NCBI GenBank assembly: GCA_017505535.1
Contig: JAFVPD010000016.1
Location: 192-64,191 of the forward strand
Length of the DNA: 64,000 nt
From: Muribaculaceae bacterium
GTDB taxonomy: Bacteria > Bacteroidota > Bacteroidia > Bacteroidales > Muribaculaceae
Reading direction: 5' to 3'
Shown here in pieces: positions 1 to 8,038 of this stretch. Position 1 is the stretch's first letter. Every line of letters starts with the position of its first letter. A program made the translations under genes and the position numbers. The notes under the pieces are model-generated. The model had not been told where the DNA came from and ran no database searches. It saw only the letters and a program-made list of their open reading frames with translations.

Positions 1-149
1 GGAATCGAGAGAATGATGCCCTAATTTTTCTCGTCTTTACAGACTTCGAGAGTGGTAGGATTGGCTTTCCGGGGGTATCGCTACGCTCTACCCTCGGTTA
101 TTTTTTTCGCTTCGCGTCCCGTGCTTCGCACGTCTCCAACACAAAATAA
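1..149 (+). CDS. C-terminal end of a hypothetical CDS that begins upstream of the window
   Basis: Only open frame at the window edge (codons phased from nt 3, 48 sense codons, TAA at 147-149). Peptide is ...LVFTDFESGRIGFPGVSLRSTLGYFFRFASRASHVSNTK*. A truncated paralogous copy of the same C-terminus lies at 59924-60091. Confidence 0.4.
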   Translation, partial: NRENDALIFLVFTDFESGRIGFPGVSLRSTLGYFFRFASRASHVSNTK

Positions 150-159
150 CTACTGAGCC
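29..159 (+). repeat. Copy 1 of a dispersed ~130-nt repeat (gene-end module)
   Basis: The 51-nt core at 109-159 matches 60051-60101 at 48 of 51 positions. Weaker similarity extends back to TCTCGTCTTT (29-38 versus 59962-59971). Confidence 0.85.
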
Positions 160-160
160 C

Positions 161-1246
161 TTATTGTTTCACTGCACCAATTTCTCTTACTGCGCCTGTT
201 TCACTATCAAAAATTGCATAAGATGGCGCCTTTCTATCAGTAAAGATTGAAGGATCAATGCCAAACACCACCCCATATTGAGCTACGTCAAAGGTTTGAG
301 CAAATAGAATATCACCTTTATATTCAATCGCTATACGAGCTTTTCCGGGAATGCGATATGCAACACCACCTTTGGGGAATTGTTTGGCTTGGCCGGTCTT
401 GTCATTTACAGGCAACTCGCCCTTTTCAACAATCTCAAGAGAGAGGTAAATAGGGTCGCCCGATAAATCGTAGCGGTCAACAATTCCGTTTACATTGGAT
501 AATCGCGCTATTACAACCTCACTTGAAACCGAATCGGGCTCAAAGCTAAACGTTCTCACACTTGTCGATACCTGCTCAGTGCCAACAAACATTGCAGTCA
601 AAGCAGCTTCTTGTGCCGCAATATTATCCAATACAAGTTGCATAGCCTGACCATCGGGCGGCATTTGATCGGCCTGACCTGTGATTAGCTCTGTGCGACT
701 TTGTCGCAACGCATATATTTGTTGCGCAGCGAGTTCGGCACGTTTAGCCGACGATTGGCTCTGGAGCATTTCCTGACTTATTACCTGTTGAGCAGCTGCC
801 GTCTGCAACGGAGTGGGTTGAGCAGCAATGGCTTTTGGCAGATCAACGGCAACGTTGTCGGGCACATTTTCGGTGTTTATTGCAAGAGGCATATTCTGCT
901 CGTTTACAATCAAATAGGGCGATGTTCCTTTCTTAAATTGCATGAGATAGCGTTCCGATTCATCGGCCACTCCACGACTGGTGACCATCACCGATTTTAC
1001 ACGCCACGACTCTTTACGCTCAGAAATGGGATTATCTTCATCAAGATATTTCTTGGCATATTTATAATACTCACCCGGTTCATTCACTATACGTTCAGCC
1101 TCAATGGTAACATCAAATACCGTTTTTGGCAAATTGTAAATGAGACCATATTCCGAAACTTTTGTCGCAGTCAACTTTTGAGTCATTTGCCCAAATGCCG
1201 ACGCTGTCAAAAGCAAAGCTACCGTTATCGTTGTTAATATTCTCAT
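161..1246 (-). CDS. DUF4831-like secreted protein (Bacteroidetes-specific hypothetical)
   Basis: ORF 161-1411 trimmed to the ATG at 1246, which gives the signal peptide MRILTTITVALLLTASAFGQ. Sits 4 nt downstream of nnr. The family name is from memory of Bacteroides annotations. Confidence 0.6.
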   Translation of the reverse strand: MRILTTITVALLLTASAFGQMTQKLTATKVSEYGLIYNLPKTVFDVTIEAERIVNEPGEYYKYAKKYLDEDNPISERKESWRVKSVMVTSRGVADESERYLMQFKKGTSPYLIVNEQNMPLAINTENVPDNVAVDLPKAIAAQPTPLQTAAAQQVISQEMLQSQSSAKRAELAAQQIYALRQSRTELITGQADQMPPDGQAMQLVLDNIAAQEAALTAMFVGTEQVSTSVRTFSFEPDSVSSEVVIARLSNVNGIVDRYDLSGDPIYLSLEIVEKGELPVNDKTGQAKQFPKGGVAYRIPGKARIAIEYKGDILFAQTFDVAQYGVVFGIDPSIFTDRKAPSYAIFDSETGAVREIGAVKQ

Positions 1247-1250
1247 AATT

Positions 1251-2765
1251 TTATAACATAATCGTTTTAATTGCTCGACCAATATTTGCTGCAATATCAC
1301 CGGCAGTAACACCATATTCGCCATGCTCTTCGGCCGCGAGATCACCAGCCACGCCATGTACATAAGCTGCAATCGTTGCGCTAATTGCCGGTTTATATCC
1401 TTGAGCCACAAAAGCCGCTATAACACCTGTGAGCACATCACCACTTCCCGCTGTTGCCATACCGGCATTTCCCGATGAGTTAAAGAACACACGTCCGTCG
1501 GGGCGCACAATAGCGCTATAATGGCCTTTGAGCAGGATAACTATATTGTAATATTTTGCGACCTCAATGGCCTTTTTAAGTCGTGTTTCGGCATCGTCTT
1601 GTTCGCCAAACAGGCGGTCAAACTCGTTGGCATGAGGGCACAATATTGAATGGGCCGGGATATAGCTTAACAATGTCGGACGCAAAGCTATACAATTTAA
1701 TGCATCGGCATCAAGAATCAATGGCTCATCGGTCGATTTCAAGAATGCCTCAAGCGCATTCAAAGTCACAGCCTCAGTACCGATTCCTGGTCCTATCGCA
1801 ATTGCCGAATATTTATGGCGTAGTTGCATATTTGTAATCACGATGTCATTTTTGTCGGCATCATACAAAGCCTCCGGCACCGATGATTGCAAAATATTGT
1901 AACCACAACGAGCGGTGTGAACAGTTACCTTTCCGGCACCGGCTCTCAAGGCCCCTTTGGCCGCAAGCTGAGCAGCCCCCATCATACCATAGCTACCGGC
2001 AACAAGTAACGCATTGCCATAGTCGTTCTTAGATGAGAATTGCTTGCGATGGCGCAACACGCGACGAACATCGTTTTTCTCAACCAAAACATAATTGGTT
2101 TCAGTGTCATTGATTTTTTCGGCGCTCAACTCGATATCGAGTGTTTTCCACTCGCCTACCAACTCGGCATAATCGCTTAACATAAATGGCAAACGTGGGA
2201 ATTGCACAGCCAATGTGAGATTGGCATGAATCACATTGCGATTAATAGCTCCATAGTTCCAATCGCTGAACATACCCGATGGTACATCAATTGAAACGAC
2301 AGTCGCATTGGATTCGTTGATATATCGAACGAGAGTAACAAAACCTCCCACCAATGGTTCACGCAATCCTGTTCCGAATAGGCCATCAATCACAATGTGG
2401 TTGCGAGTGATACTTGGTAACGTAAATGGGCCTCGCACCTCGGTATAGTCAATATCACCCAATTCCAACAATCGGTCGCGACAAGCTTTACATTCAACAC
2501 TCAATTGATTTCCACCTATATTAAATAAGAACACTTCCGGGATATATCCTTGTTCGATGAGCATACGTGCCACAGCGAGAGCATCGGCACCATTATTACC
2601 CGGGCCGGCAAACACAGTGATGCGACGATTGGGACGCCAACGAGAAATAATTTCACACGTAACCGATTCGGCCACACGTTCAATTAACTCCAACGAGGAC
2701 ACGCCCTCATATTCAATTGTGTAACGGTCGATCTCTTTAATCTTTTCAGTCGTAAATATTTTCAT
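1251..2765 (-). CDS. nnr: Bifunctional NAD(P)H-hydrate repair enzyme (epimerase/ADP-dependent dehydratase)
   Basis: 504 aa with a YjeF-N type N-terminal half and a carbohydrate-kinase-like C-terminal half carrying the AGSGDVLTG motif. Confidence 0.9.
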   Translation of the reverse strand: MKIFTTEKIKEIDRYTIEYEGVSSLELIERVAESVTCEIISRWRPNRRITVFAGPGNNGADALAVARMLIEQGYIPEVFLFNIGGNQLSVECKACRDRLLELGDIDYTEVRGPFTLPSITRNHIVIDGLFGTGLREPLVGGFVTLVRYINESNATVVSIDVPSGMFSDWNYGAINRNVIHANLTLAVQFPRLPFMLSDYAELVGEWKTLDIELSAEKINDTETNYVLVEKNDVRRVLRHRKQFSSKNDYGNALLVAGSYGMMGAAQLAAKGALRAGAGKVTVHTARCGYNILQSSVPEALYDADKNDIVITNMQLRHKYSAIAIGPGIGTEAVTLNALEAFLKSTDEPLILDADALNCIALRPTLLSYIPAHSILCPHANEFDRLFGEQDDAETRLKKAIEVAKYYNIVILLKGHYSAIVRPDGRVFFNSSGNAGMATAGSGDVLTGVIAAFVAQGYKPAISATIAAYVHGVAGDLAAEEHGEYGVTAGDIAANIGRAIKTIML

Positions 2766-2820
2766 AGCGTAATAGAAAGATAGTATTTTTTGATTTGATG
2801 AAATATTGAATTTGTGATTG

Positions 2821-2828
2821 CAAATTTA
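2821..2828 (-). promoter_or_regulatory. Bacteroides-type -7 box (TAAATTTG) for nnr
   Basis: The reverse complement of CAAATTTA matches TAnnTTTG, 56 nt upstream of the nnr ATG. Confidence 0.45.
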
Positions 2829-2922
2829 CAAAATAATATCGTTTTTTGCTCCTTTTTGGCATAAATCGTTATATATTTTTCTAAAAATCTTGTTAACATT
2901 ACCACGTAAGCAATATTTTTAG

Positions 2923-2930
2923 TAATTTTG
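2923..2930 (+). promoter_or_regulatory. -7 box (TAATTTTG) for hpt
   Basis: Matches TAnnTTTG, 20 nt upstream of the hpt ATG. Confidence 0.5.
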
Positions 2931-2949
2931 CAGTCATTAAATCATCTCG

Positions 2950-3495
2950 ATGAAACAAGAAGTAAGTTACAACGGGCTCAAATTTGAGCCATATCTCACA
3001 AAAGAACAGATAGCCAAGCGTGTCGCAGAGTTGGCCAAAGATATTGAGCGCGATTGCGCAGGAAAATGTCCTTTATTTGTGTGTGTGCTCAATGGAGCAT
3101 TTACATTTGCAGCCGACTTATTCCGAGCAGTAGACATTGATGCTGAAATTTCATTCATCAGGCTCAAAAGCTACGATGGCACCGGCTCAACAGGCAAAGT
3201 AAAAGAGCTCGTAGGTTTAACCGAAGATATTGAAGGCAGAGACGTTATCATCATCGAAGATATTGTTGACACCGGCAATACAATGGTGAAACTTATTGAA
3301 GATTTTAAAGCAAAGAAACCGGCCAACGTGAAAGTTGCCACATTGCTCTACAAGCCCGACTCAGTGCGTCACGACTTACAACTTGACTATGTGGGATTTC
3401 CCATTCCATCAAAGTTCATCATTGGCTATGGACTTGATCTTGACGGAATAGCTCGAAATCTGCCCGATATTTATGTATTGAAAGAAACAAAATAG
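2950..3495 (+). CDS. hpt: Hypoxanthine phosphoribosyltransferase
   Basis: 181 aa with the PRPP-binding motif VIIIEDIVDTGNT. Confidence 0.92.
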   Translation: MKQEVSYNGLKFEPYLTKEQIAKRVAELAKDIERDCAGKCPLFVCVLNGAFTFAADLFRAVDIDAEISFIRLKSYDGTGSTGKVKELVGLTEDIEGRDVIIIEDIVDTGNTMVKLIEDFKAKKPANVKVATLLYKPDSVRHDLQLDYVGFPIPSKFIIGYGLDLDGIARNLPDIYVLKETK

Positions 3496-3558
3496 TAGCA
3501 CTCTCTTCTTCTCACCTCAAGATTCTTAACCTGTTTCGATTTACCACTGAATGAGCAC

Positions 3559-3580
3559 CCTTGAAGAAAAGACTTCAAGG
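3559..3580 (+). terminator. Hairpin between hpt and adk (weak terminator or attenuator)
   Basis: CCTTGAAG-AAAAGA-CTTCAAGG forms an 8-bp perfect stem. The downstream T tract is poor. Confidence 0.35.
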
Positions 3581-3627
3581 TAGGTAAGAATTTATATTTT
3601 AAACAAAAGTACTTAATAAAAAGAAGA

Positions 3628-4206
3628 ATGTTTAACTTAGTAATTTTCGGTGCACCCGGAAGCGGGAAAGGCACTCAAAGCGAATTATTAATTGAAGAAT
3701 ATGGATTGTTTCACATCTCTACGGGAGAAGTGTTACGTGATCTTATTGCTCGCAAAACAGAACTTGGGAAAATTGCCGACAGCTACATTTCAAAAGGCAA
3801 CCTCATTCCCGACGAATTGATGATTAATATTCTCGCTGATGTGTTGGAATCAAACCCTGCCACAGCCAATGGCGTAATATTTGATGGCTTCCCTCGCACA
3901 ATCAATCAAGCTAAAGCCTTGAAAGAAATGCTTGCAAGTCGAAACACTAAAGTGCATGCAGTGGTCGGCCTTGAAGTTGATGAAAACGAGCTTATCGATC
4001 GATTAATCAAACGTGGACAGGAATCAGGTCGTTCCGACGACAACCTTGAAACAATAAAGCAACGCCTTGAAGTTTACCACACTCAAACATCACCTCTAAA
4101 AGAATACTATACAGCAGAGGGCAAATATCATGCGATTGAAGGCAGTGGCTCAATTTCAGGAATTTTTGAGAAAATCAAAAGCTCTCTAAGCAAAGTAAGA
4201 AATTAA
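3628..4206 (+). CDS. adk: Adenylate kinase
   Basis: 192 aa with the P-loop GAPGSGKGTQ. It is the short lid type. Confidence 0.95.
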   Translation: MFNLVIFGAPGSGKGTQSELLIEEYGLFHISTGEVLRDLIARKTELGKIADSYISKGNLIPDELMINILADVLESNPATANGVIFDGFPRTINQAKALKEMLASRNTKVHAVVGLEVDENELIDRLIKRGQESGRSDDNLETIKQRLEVYHTQTSPLKEYYTAEGKYHAIEGSGSISGIFEKIKSSLSKVRN

Positions 4207-4232
4207 TCAATCCAACATAAACACATTGCATC

Positions 4233-4265
4233 AACGCCTCGGTCCACGTGATACGAGGCGTTTTT
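4233..4265 (+). terminator. Rho-independent terminator after adk
   Basis: AACGCCTCG...CGAGGCGTT forms a 9-bp stem followed by a T run. Confidence 0.8.
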
Positions 4266-4330
4266 ACACACCTCAACCTTATAGCAAAACTCTCCGTTAA
4301 TGGAACCTTTGATTATTTCCAATTTATTGT

Positions 4331-4338
4331 TACCTTTG
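4331..4338 (+). promoter_or_regulatory. -7 box (TACCTTTG)
   Basis: Matches TAnnTTTG, 37 nt upstream of the ATG at 4375. Confidence 0.5.
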
Positions 4339-4374
4339 CACATCAAACCAATAAACCCCACCTAAATCATTCCA

Positions 4375-5250
4375 ATGGATAAATCATCTCTTAAAAAGAT
4401 TGGCAACAGCCTCCCTACTATCATAATGTGTATCACAACCATTATAGCATGTTTTATGTCTTATTTAGTGTGGGAATCGGAAGAACGGGCCAATTATATC
4501 AGCGAAAGAGATTCTGATTTTTCCAACAGAATAAACACAATGAGTTTAGAACTTGAGCGTTATCGCCAAACAATCCAACTATGCGACAAAATCAATGATC
4601 TTTACAAAGGTTTCAACGCATCAACTAACACCGATGTTGTGGAGTTTAAAATTTGGGAGATGGGCAAAAACTTTGAATGCGCAAGTTTTTCCAATATAAG
4701 CGAATCACGAGTCAGACACATTTATAACAATTGGACGGCACTTTCCGACCAACAACGGCTTGAACGCCTCATTCAAAATAGCGCCCTCAAAAACCTCTTT
4801 TATTGCTTTGAAGATGCAATGATGCTTCACCAAAAAGGTTTGCTTGATAACAGATACTTTGATAACTATCTTTCAAATGTAATTGATCGCATTCATTCGG
4901 CAACTAACCCGACAGTTGATGAGTTTATCGATGAATTGTGCTTGATAGCCAATCGCAACGACATTTGGGAGGGATACCGGTTTTGCAGAGATAGTATCAT
5001 GCTTGAGCCTATAATTGTAGCGACCTCGGGGGATATTTCACGCAAGAGCTATGTTGATAAAATTTTTGTTTCAGTAGGCGACACAGTAAAAGCCGGAGCT
5101 GAAATCTTCCGACTCAAAAATGATGAAATGACAGGAGATAAATTCTTCACACTTTGCGCTACTCGCAATGGCATCATAGACAAACTACTTACACGTCAAG
5201 GAGATAGCGTGAGAGTAAACCAAATTATCGCCGAAATACGTCCTCGGTAA
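4375..5250 (+). CDS. Hypothetical membrane-anchored protein with a C-terminal biotinyl/lipoyl-like (barrel-sandwich hybrid) domain
   Basis: 291 aa with an N-terminal TM segment (LPTIIMCITTIIACFMSYLVW). The last ~75 aa (VSVGDTVKAGAEIF...ATRNGIIDKLLTRQGDSVRVNQIIAEI) align by eye to lipoyl/biotinyl domains but lack the (A/V)MKM motif. Confidence 0.6.
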   Translation: MDKSSLKKIGNSLPTIIMCITTIIACFMSYLVWESEERANYISERDSDFSNRINTMSLELERYRQTIQLCDKINDLYKGFNASTNTDVVEFKIWEMGKNFECASFSNISESRVRHIYNNWTALSDQQRLERLIQNSALKNLFYCFEDAMMLHQKGLLDNRYFDNYLSNVIDRIHSATNPTVDEFIDELCLIANRNDIWEGYRFCRDSIMLEPIIVATSGDISRKSYVDKIFVSVGDTVKAGAEIFRLKNDEMTGDKFFTLCATRNGIIDKLLTRQGDSVRVNQIIAEIRPR

Positions 5251-5332
5251 CACCATCTTGCAAAGCTCTTGCAAGAGGTTTGTCCAAACCGTACAATTTT
5301 TATGAGGTATTGCAAAGATGAAAAAATTTTTC

Positions 5333-5340
5333 TATCTTTG
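5333..5340 (+). promoter_or_regulatory. -7 box (TATCTTTG) inside a long hairpin
   Basis: Matches TAnnTTTG, 43 nt upstream of the ATG at 5383. It forms the right arm of the inverted repeat at 5311-5342. Confidence 0.45.
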
Positions 5341-5382
5341 CATTTACTTAATACACACAACCATTTTAAACCTTCACACATT

Positions 5383-5781
5383 ATGAACACACAATCATCT
5401 ACCCCCGTAGTATCTACTGTAAATCACCCTGAACTTGTTAACTCATGGTTTGACCTTGGCATGCGCTATCTCAATAGCAATGAACCCAATTCATTCAAAC
5501 ACGCATCTCGTTGGTTACTAAAGGCGGCACTCAATGGACACATTGAAGCTGCATTTAAATTAGGCGCACTCAACGAATGCCGCGGGAAATCCCACTTGAA
5601 ACAAGCTTTTCACTGGTACCGCCAAGCGGCATTGCGTGGTCACATTGAAGCAATGACAAGTTTGGCGAGAGCCTACAATTATGGCTACGGGACAGAAATC
5701 AGCTTTGAGAAGGCACGCTATTGGCAACAACGTAGCGAAACTATGCTCGATGTTTTTGATGCCTTCCACAAAACAGCGTAG
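5383..5781 (+). CDS. Sel1-like (SLR/TPR-family) repeat protein
   Basis: ORF 5269-5781 trimmed to the ATG at 5383. About 3 SLR repeats (AALNGHIEAAFKLGA..., AALRGHIEAMTSLARAYNYGYG...). No signal peptide. Confidence 0.7.
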   Translation: MNTQSSTPVVSTVNHPELVNSWFDLGMRYLNSNEPNSFKHASRWLLKAALNGHIEAAFKLGALNECRGKSHLKQAFHWYRQAALRGHIEAMTSLARAYNYGYGTEISFEKARYWQQRSETMLDVFDAFHKTA

Positions 5782-5833
5782 CACCTTGACGGATGCTCAT
5801 TTCCTTCATTAAGGAATATCCTCAAAGAAACAA

Positions 5834-5869
5834 ATAAGCCAGAGTCTAAAATTAGACTCTGGCTTATTT
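5834..5869. terminator. Bidirectional terminator between the Sel1 gene (+) and hup (-)
   Basis: AATAAGCCAGAGTCTA...TAGACTCTGGCTTATT forms a ~16-bp stem flanked by A/T runs on both sides. Confidence 0.8.
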
Positions 5870-5888
5870 TAGCTCTTTAAGTGATAAC

Positions 5889-6161
5889 TTATTTCACTTT
5901 TTCACTAAGTTCAGCGCCTGCTTTGAATTTCACAGCCTTACGAGCTGGGATTTCAATTTTAGCTTTAGTTTTAGGGTTGATACCTGTACGCGCACCTTTT
6001 TCAGCAACAGAGAAAGTACCGAAACCGATGAGAGTTACTTTGTCGTTCTTTACGAGTGCTTCTCCTACTGCTTCAAGACAAGCATCAAGGGCAGCTTTAG
6101 CATCAACTTTTGTCAAGTTCGCTTTTTCAGCGATAGCATTGATAAGCTCAGTTTTGTTCAT
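5889..6161 (-). CDS. hup: HU family DNA-binding protein
   Basis: 90 aa starting MNKTELINAIAEK...GFGTFSVAEKGARTGINPKT. ORF 5889-6206 was trimmed because its upstream extension overlaps the -7 box. Confidence 0.93.
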   Translation of the reverse strand: MNKTELINAIAEKANLTKVDAKAALDACLEAVGEALVKNDKVTLIGFGTFSVAEKGARTGINPKTKAKIEIPARKAVKFKAGAELSEKVK

Positions 6162-6203
6162 AATCTTGTGTATTATTAAGTTAGATTTGGTTATTATATG
6201 GCA

Positions 6204-6211
6204 CAAATATA
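6204..6211 (-). promoter_or_regulatory. -7 box (TATATTTG) for hup
   Basis: The reverse complement of CAAATATA matches TAnnTTTG, 43 nt upstream of the ATG at 6161. Confidence 0.5.
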
Positions 6212-6399
6212 GCTAAAATATGAGAATCATGCAATTTTTTCAAAAAAAAATGAGAAAAAACTTATTTATTTGTGGCATTTAACGTTATATATAAAGAGAA
6301 GAGATAGTTTTTTTGTAAATTTGTAGCTGAATTAATATACCAGCAAAAAAATTACATCAAGGCTGAGGACTAAATTTTATACACTTAAATACACACTAA

Positions 6400-7146
6400 A
6401 TGACTCGAGATTCCTTTTTTGGACGCATTCCGGTAATTACCAAAAACCTCATCATAATCAATTTCATAATGTTGCTTGCATCGATGGCAATGGGCAACAG
6501 ATTTGACTTTGACACATATTTATCATTACATTTTTTCACCTCACCCGATTTTAATCCCGCTCAATTGATAACCCACATGTTTATGCATGCGGGATTCACG
6601 CATTTCTTTTTCAACATGTTTGCATTATTCATGTTTGGAGCATCGGTTGAACGAGTATTAGGCGCGAAGAAATTTTTGTTTTATTACATCTCATGCGGAG
6701 TGGGAGCCGCACTCATTCAAGAGGCAGTCTATGCTATAAGATATTTCAATGCTATACAACACCTCTCAACCGAGGATATTGCATTTATCACAGAAAATGG
6801 CCGTGCTGTACTTGACTCCATGCACAACTTTGCCGACAAATATGCTGCCGAATTAAATATTGTGACACACACTACAATGGTTGGAGCATCGGGTGCTGTC
6901 TATGGAATACTTCTTGCATTTGGTATGCTATTCCCCAACATGCCAATCTATATTTTCTTTATCCCGGTACCCATCAAAGCCAAATATGTTGTTGCCGGTT
7001 ATGGTATTATCGAATTCCTTGAAGGGCTCAGTACCGCCGCCGATGGTATCGCTCACTTTGCCCACTTGGGAGGAATGCTCATTGGCATCATTATGATACT
7101 CTATTGGAAACGAAAAGGAAACATTTATGGCAACTTTAACTTCTGA
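6400..7146 (+). CDS. Rhomboid family intramembrane serine protease
   Basis: 248 aa, polytopic, with GASGAVYG (catalytic Ser) and AHLGG (catalytic His) motifs. Confidence 0.88.
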   Translation: MTRDSFFGRIPVITKNLIIINFIMLLASMAMGNRFDFDTYLSLHFFTSPDFNPAQLITHMFMHAGFTHFFFNMFALFMFGASVERVLGAKKFLFYYISCGVGAALIQEAVYAIRYFNAIQHLSTEDIAFITENGRAVLDSMHNFADKYAAELNIVTHTTMVGASGAVYGILLAFGMLFPNMPIYIFFIPVPIKAKYVVAGYGIIEFLEGLSTAADGIAHFAHLGGMLIGIIMILYWKRKGNIYGNFNF

Positions 7147-8023
7147 TTTGAAGAACAAATTTAAATATGGGTCGGTTGTTATAAAATTCATTTTCATCAA
7201 CATTGCCCTATTTCTATTCCTCAGAATAGCGGGAATCATATGCACATTTTCCAATGCCGACTTCAATTGGCTACTTCAGTTTATCGAATGCCCATCTGAT
7301 TTAGGCTCGCTAATAATCAAACCTTGGACCATATTTACATATATGTTTGCCCAAGTTGAAATATTCCACATTATATTTAATATGTTGTGGCTCTATTGGT
7401 TTGGTTCAATATTTCTACTTGTGTGCACCTCCCGACAAATGATTGCGCTATATATCTATGGAGGACTACTTGGAGCCATTGCTTACATAGCAGCATATAA
7501 TCTACTTCCCTATTTCAACGGGATACAAGGCCAACTCATAGGGTCGTCGGCATCAGTGATAGCAATTGTGGTAGCCACTGCTATGCGTTGCCCCGACTAT
7601 AAAATGAATTTACTATTTATTGGTCCGGTATCACTCAAATGGATTGCATGTATCACTATAATAATAGACCTTATCAGCATTACCGATAGCAATGCCGGAG
7701 GACACATAGCCCATCTTGGAGGAGCCATTGCCGGCTTTATATTTGCCATGATGCTTTCCAACGGATATGATATCACCAAGGGATTCAATAACACAATTGA
7801 TACCATCGTCAATCAATGGAATCGCCTCAAAGATAATATCCGGCGACAGAACCTCTCATCTTCTAAGATTAACTCAAGCGAGCAAACTCAAGCGAGCAAC
7901 AATTCAAAAAGCGATTCTGACACTCTTGACGAGATTCTTGACAAAATAAAGAAATCGGGCTATACCTCACTCACTGCCGAAGAAAAAAAGCGGCTGTTTG
8001 ATGTGAGTCGTCGCATTAAGTAA
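7127..8023 (+). CDS. Rhomboid family intramembrane protease (second paralog)
   Basis: 298 aa with GSSASV and AHLGGAIAG motifs. Overlaps the upstream rhomboid gene by 20 nt. Confidence 0.85.
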   Translation: MATLTSDLKNKFKYGSVVIKFIFINIALFLFLRIAGIICTFSNADFNWLLQFIECPSDLGSLIIKPWTIFTYMFAQVEIFHIIFNMLWLYWFGSIFLLVCTSRQMIALYIYGGLLGAIAYIAAYNLLPYFNGIQGQLIGSSASVIAIVVATAMRCPDYKMNLLFIGPVSLKWIACITIIIDLISITDSNAGGHIAHLGGAIAGFIFAMMLSNGYDITKGFNNTIDTIVNQWNRLKDNIRRQNLSSSKINSSEQTQASNNSKSDSDTLDEILDKIKKSGYTSLTAEEKKRLFDVSRRIK

Positions 8024-8038
8024 AACCGAAATATTCTG

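Noticed and set aside
5881-6216. 111-aa + strand ORF
   Set aside because: It is antisense to the well-supported HU gene and is a typical shadow ORF.
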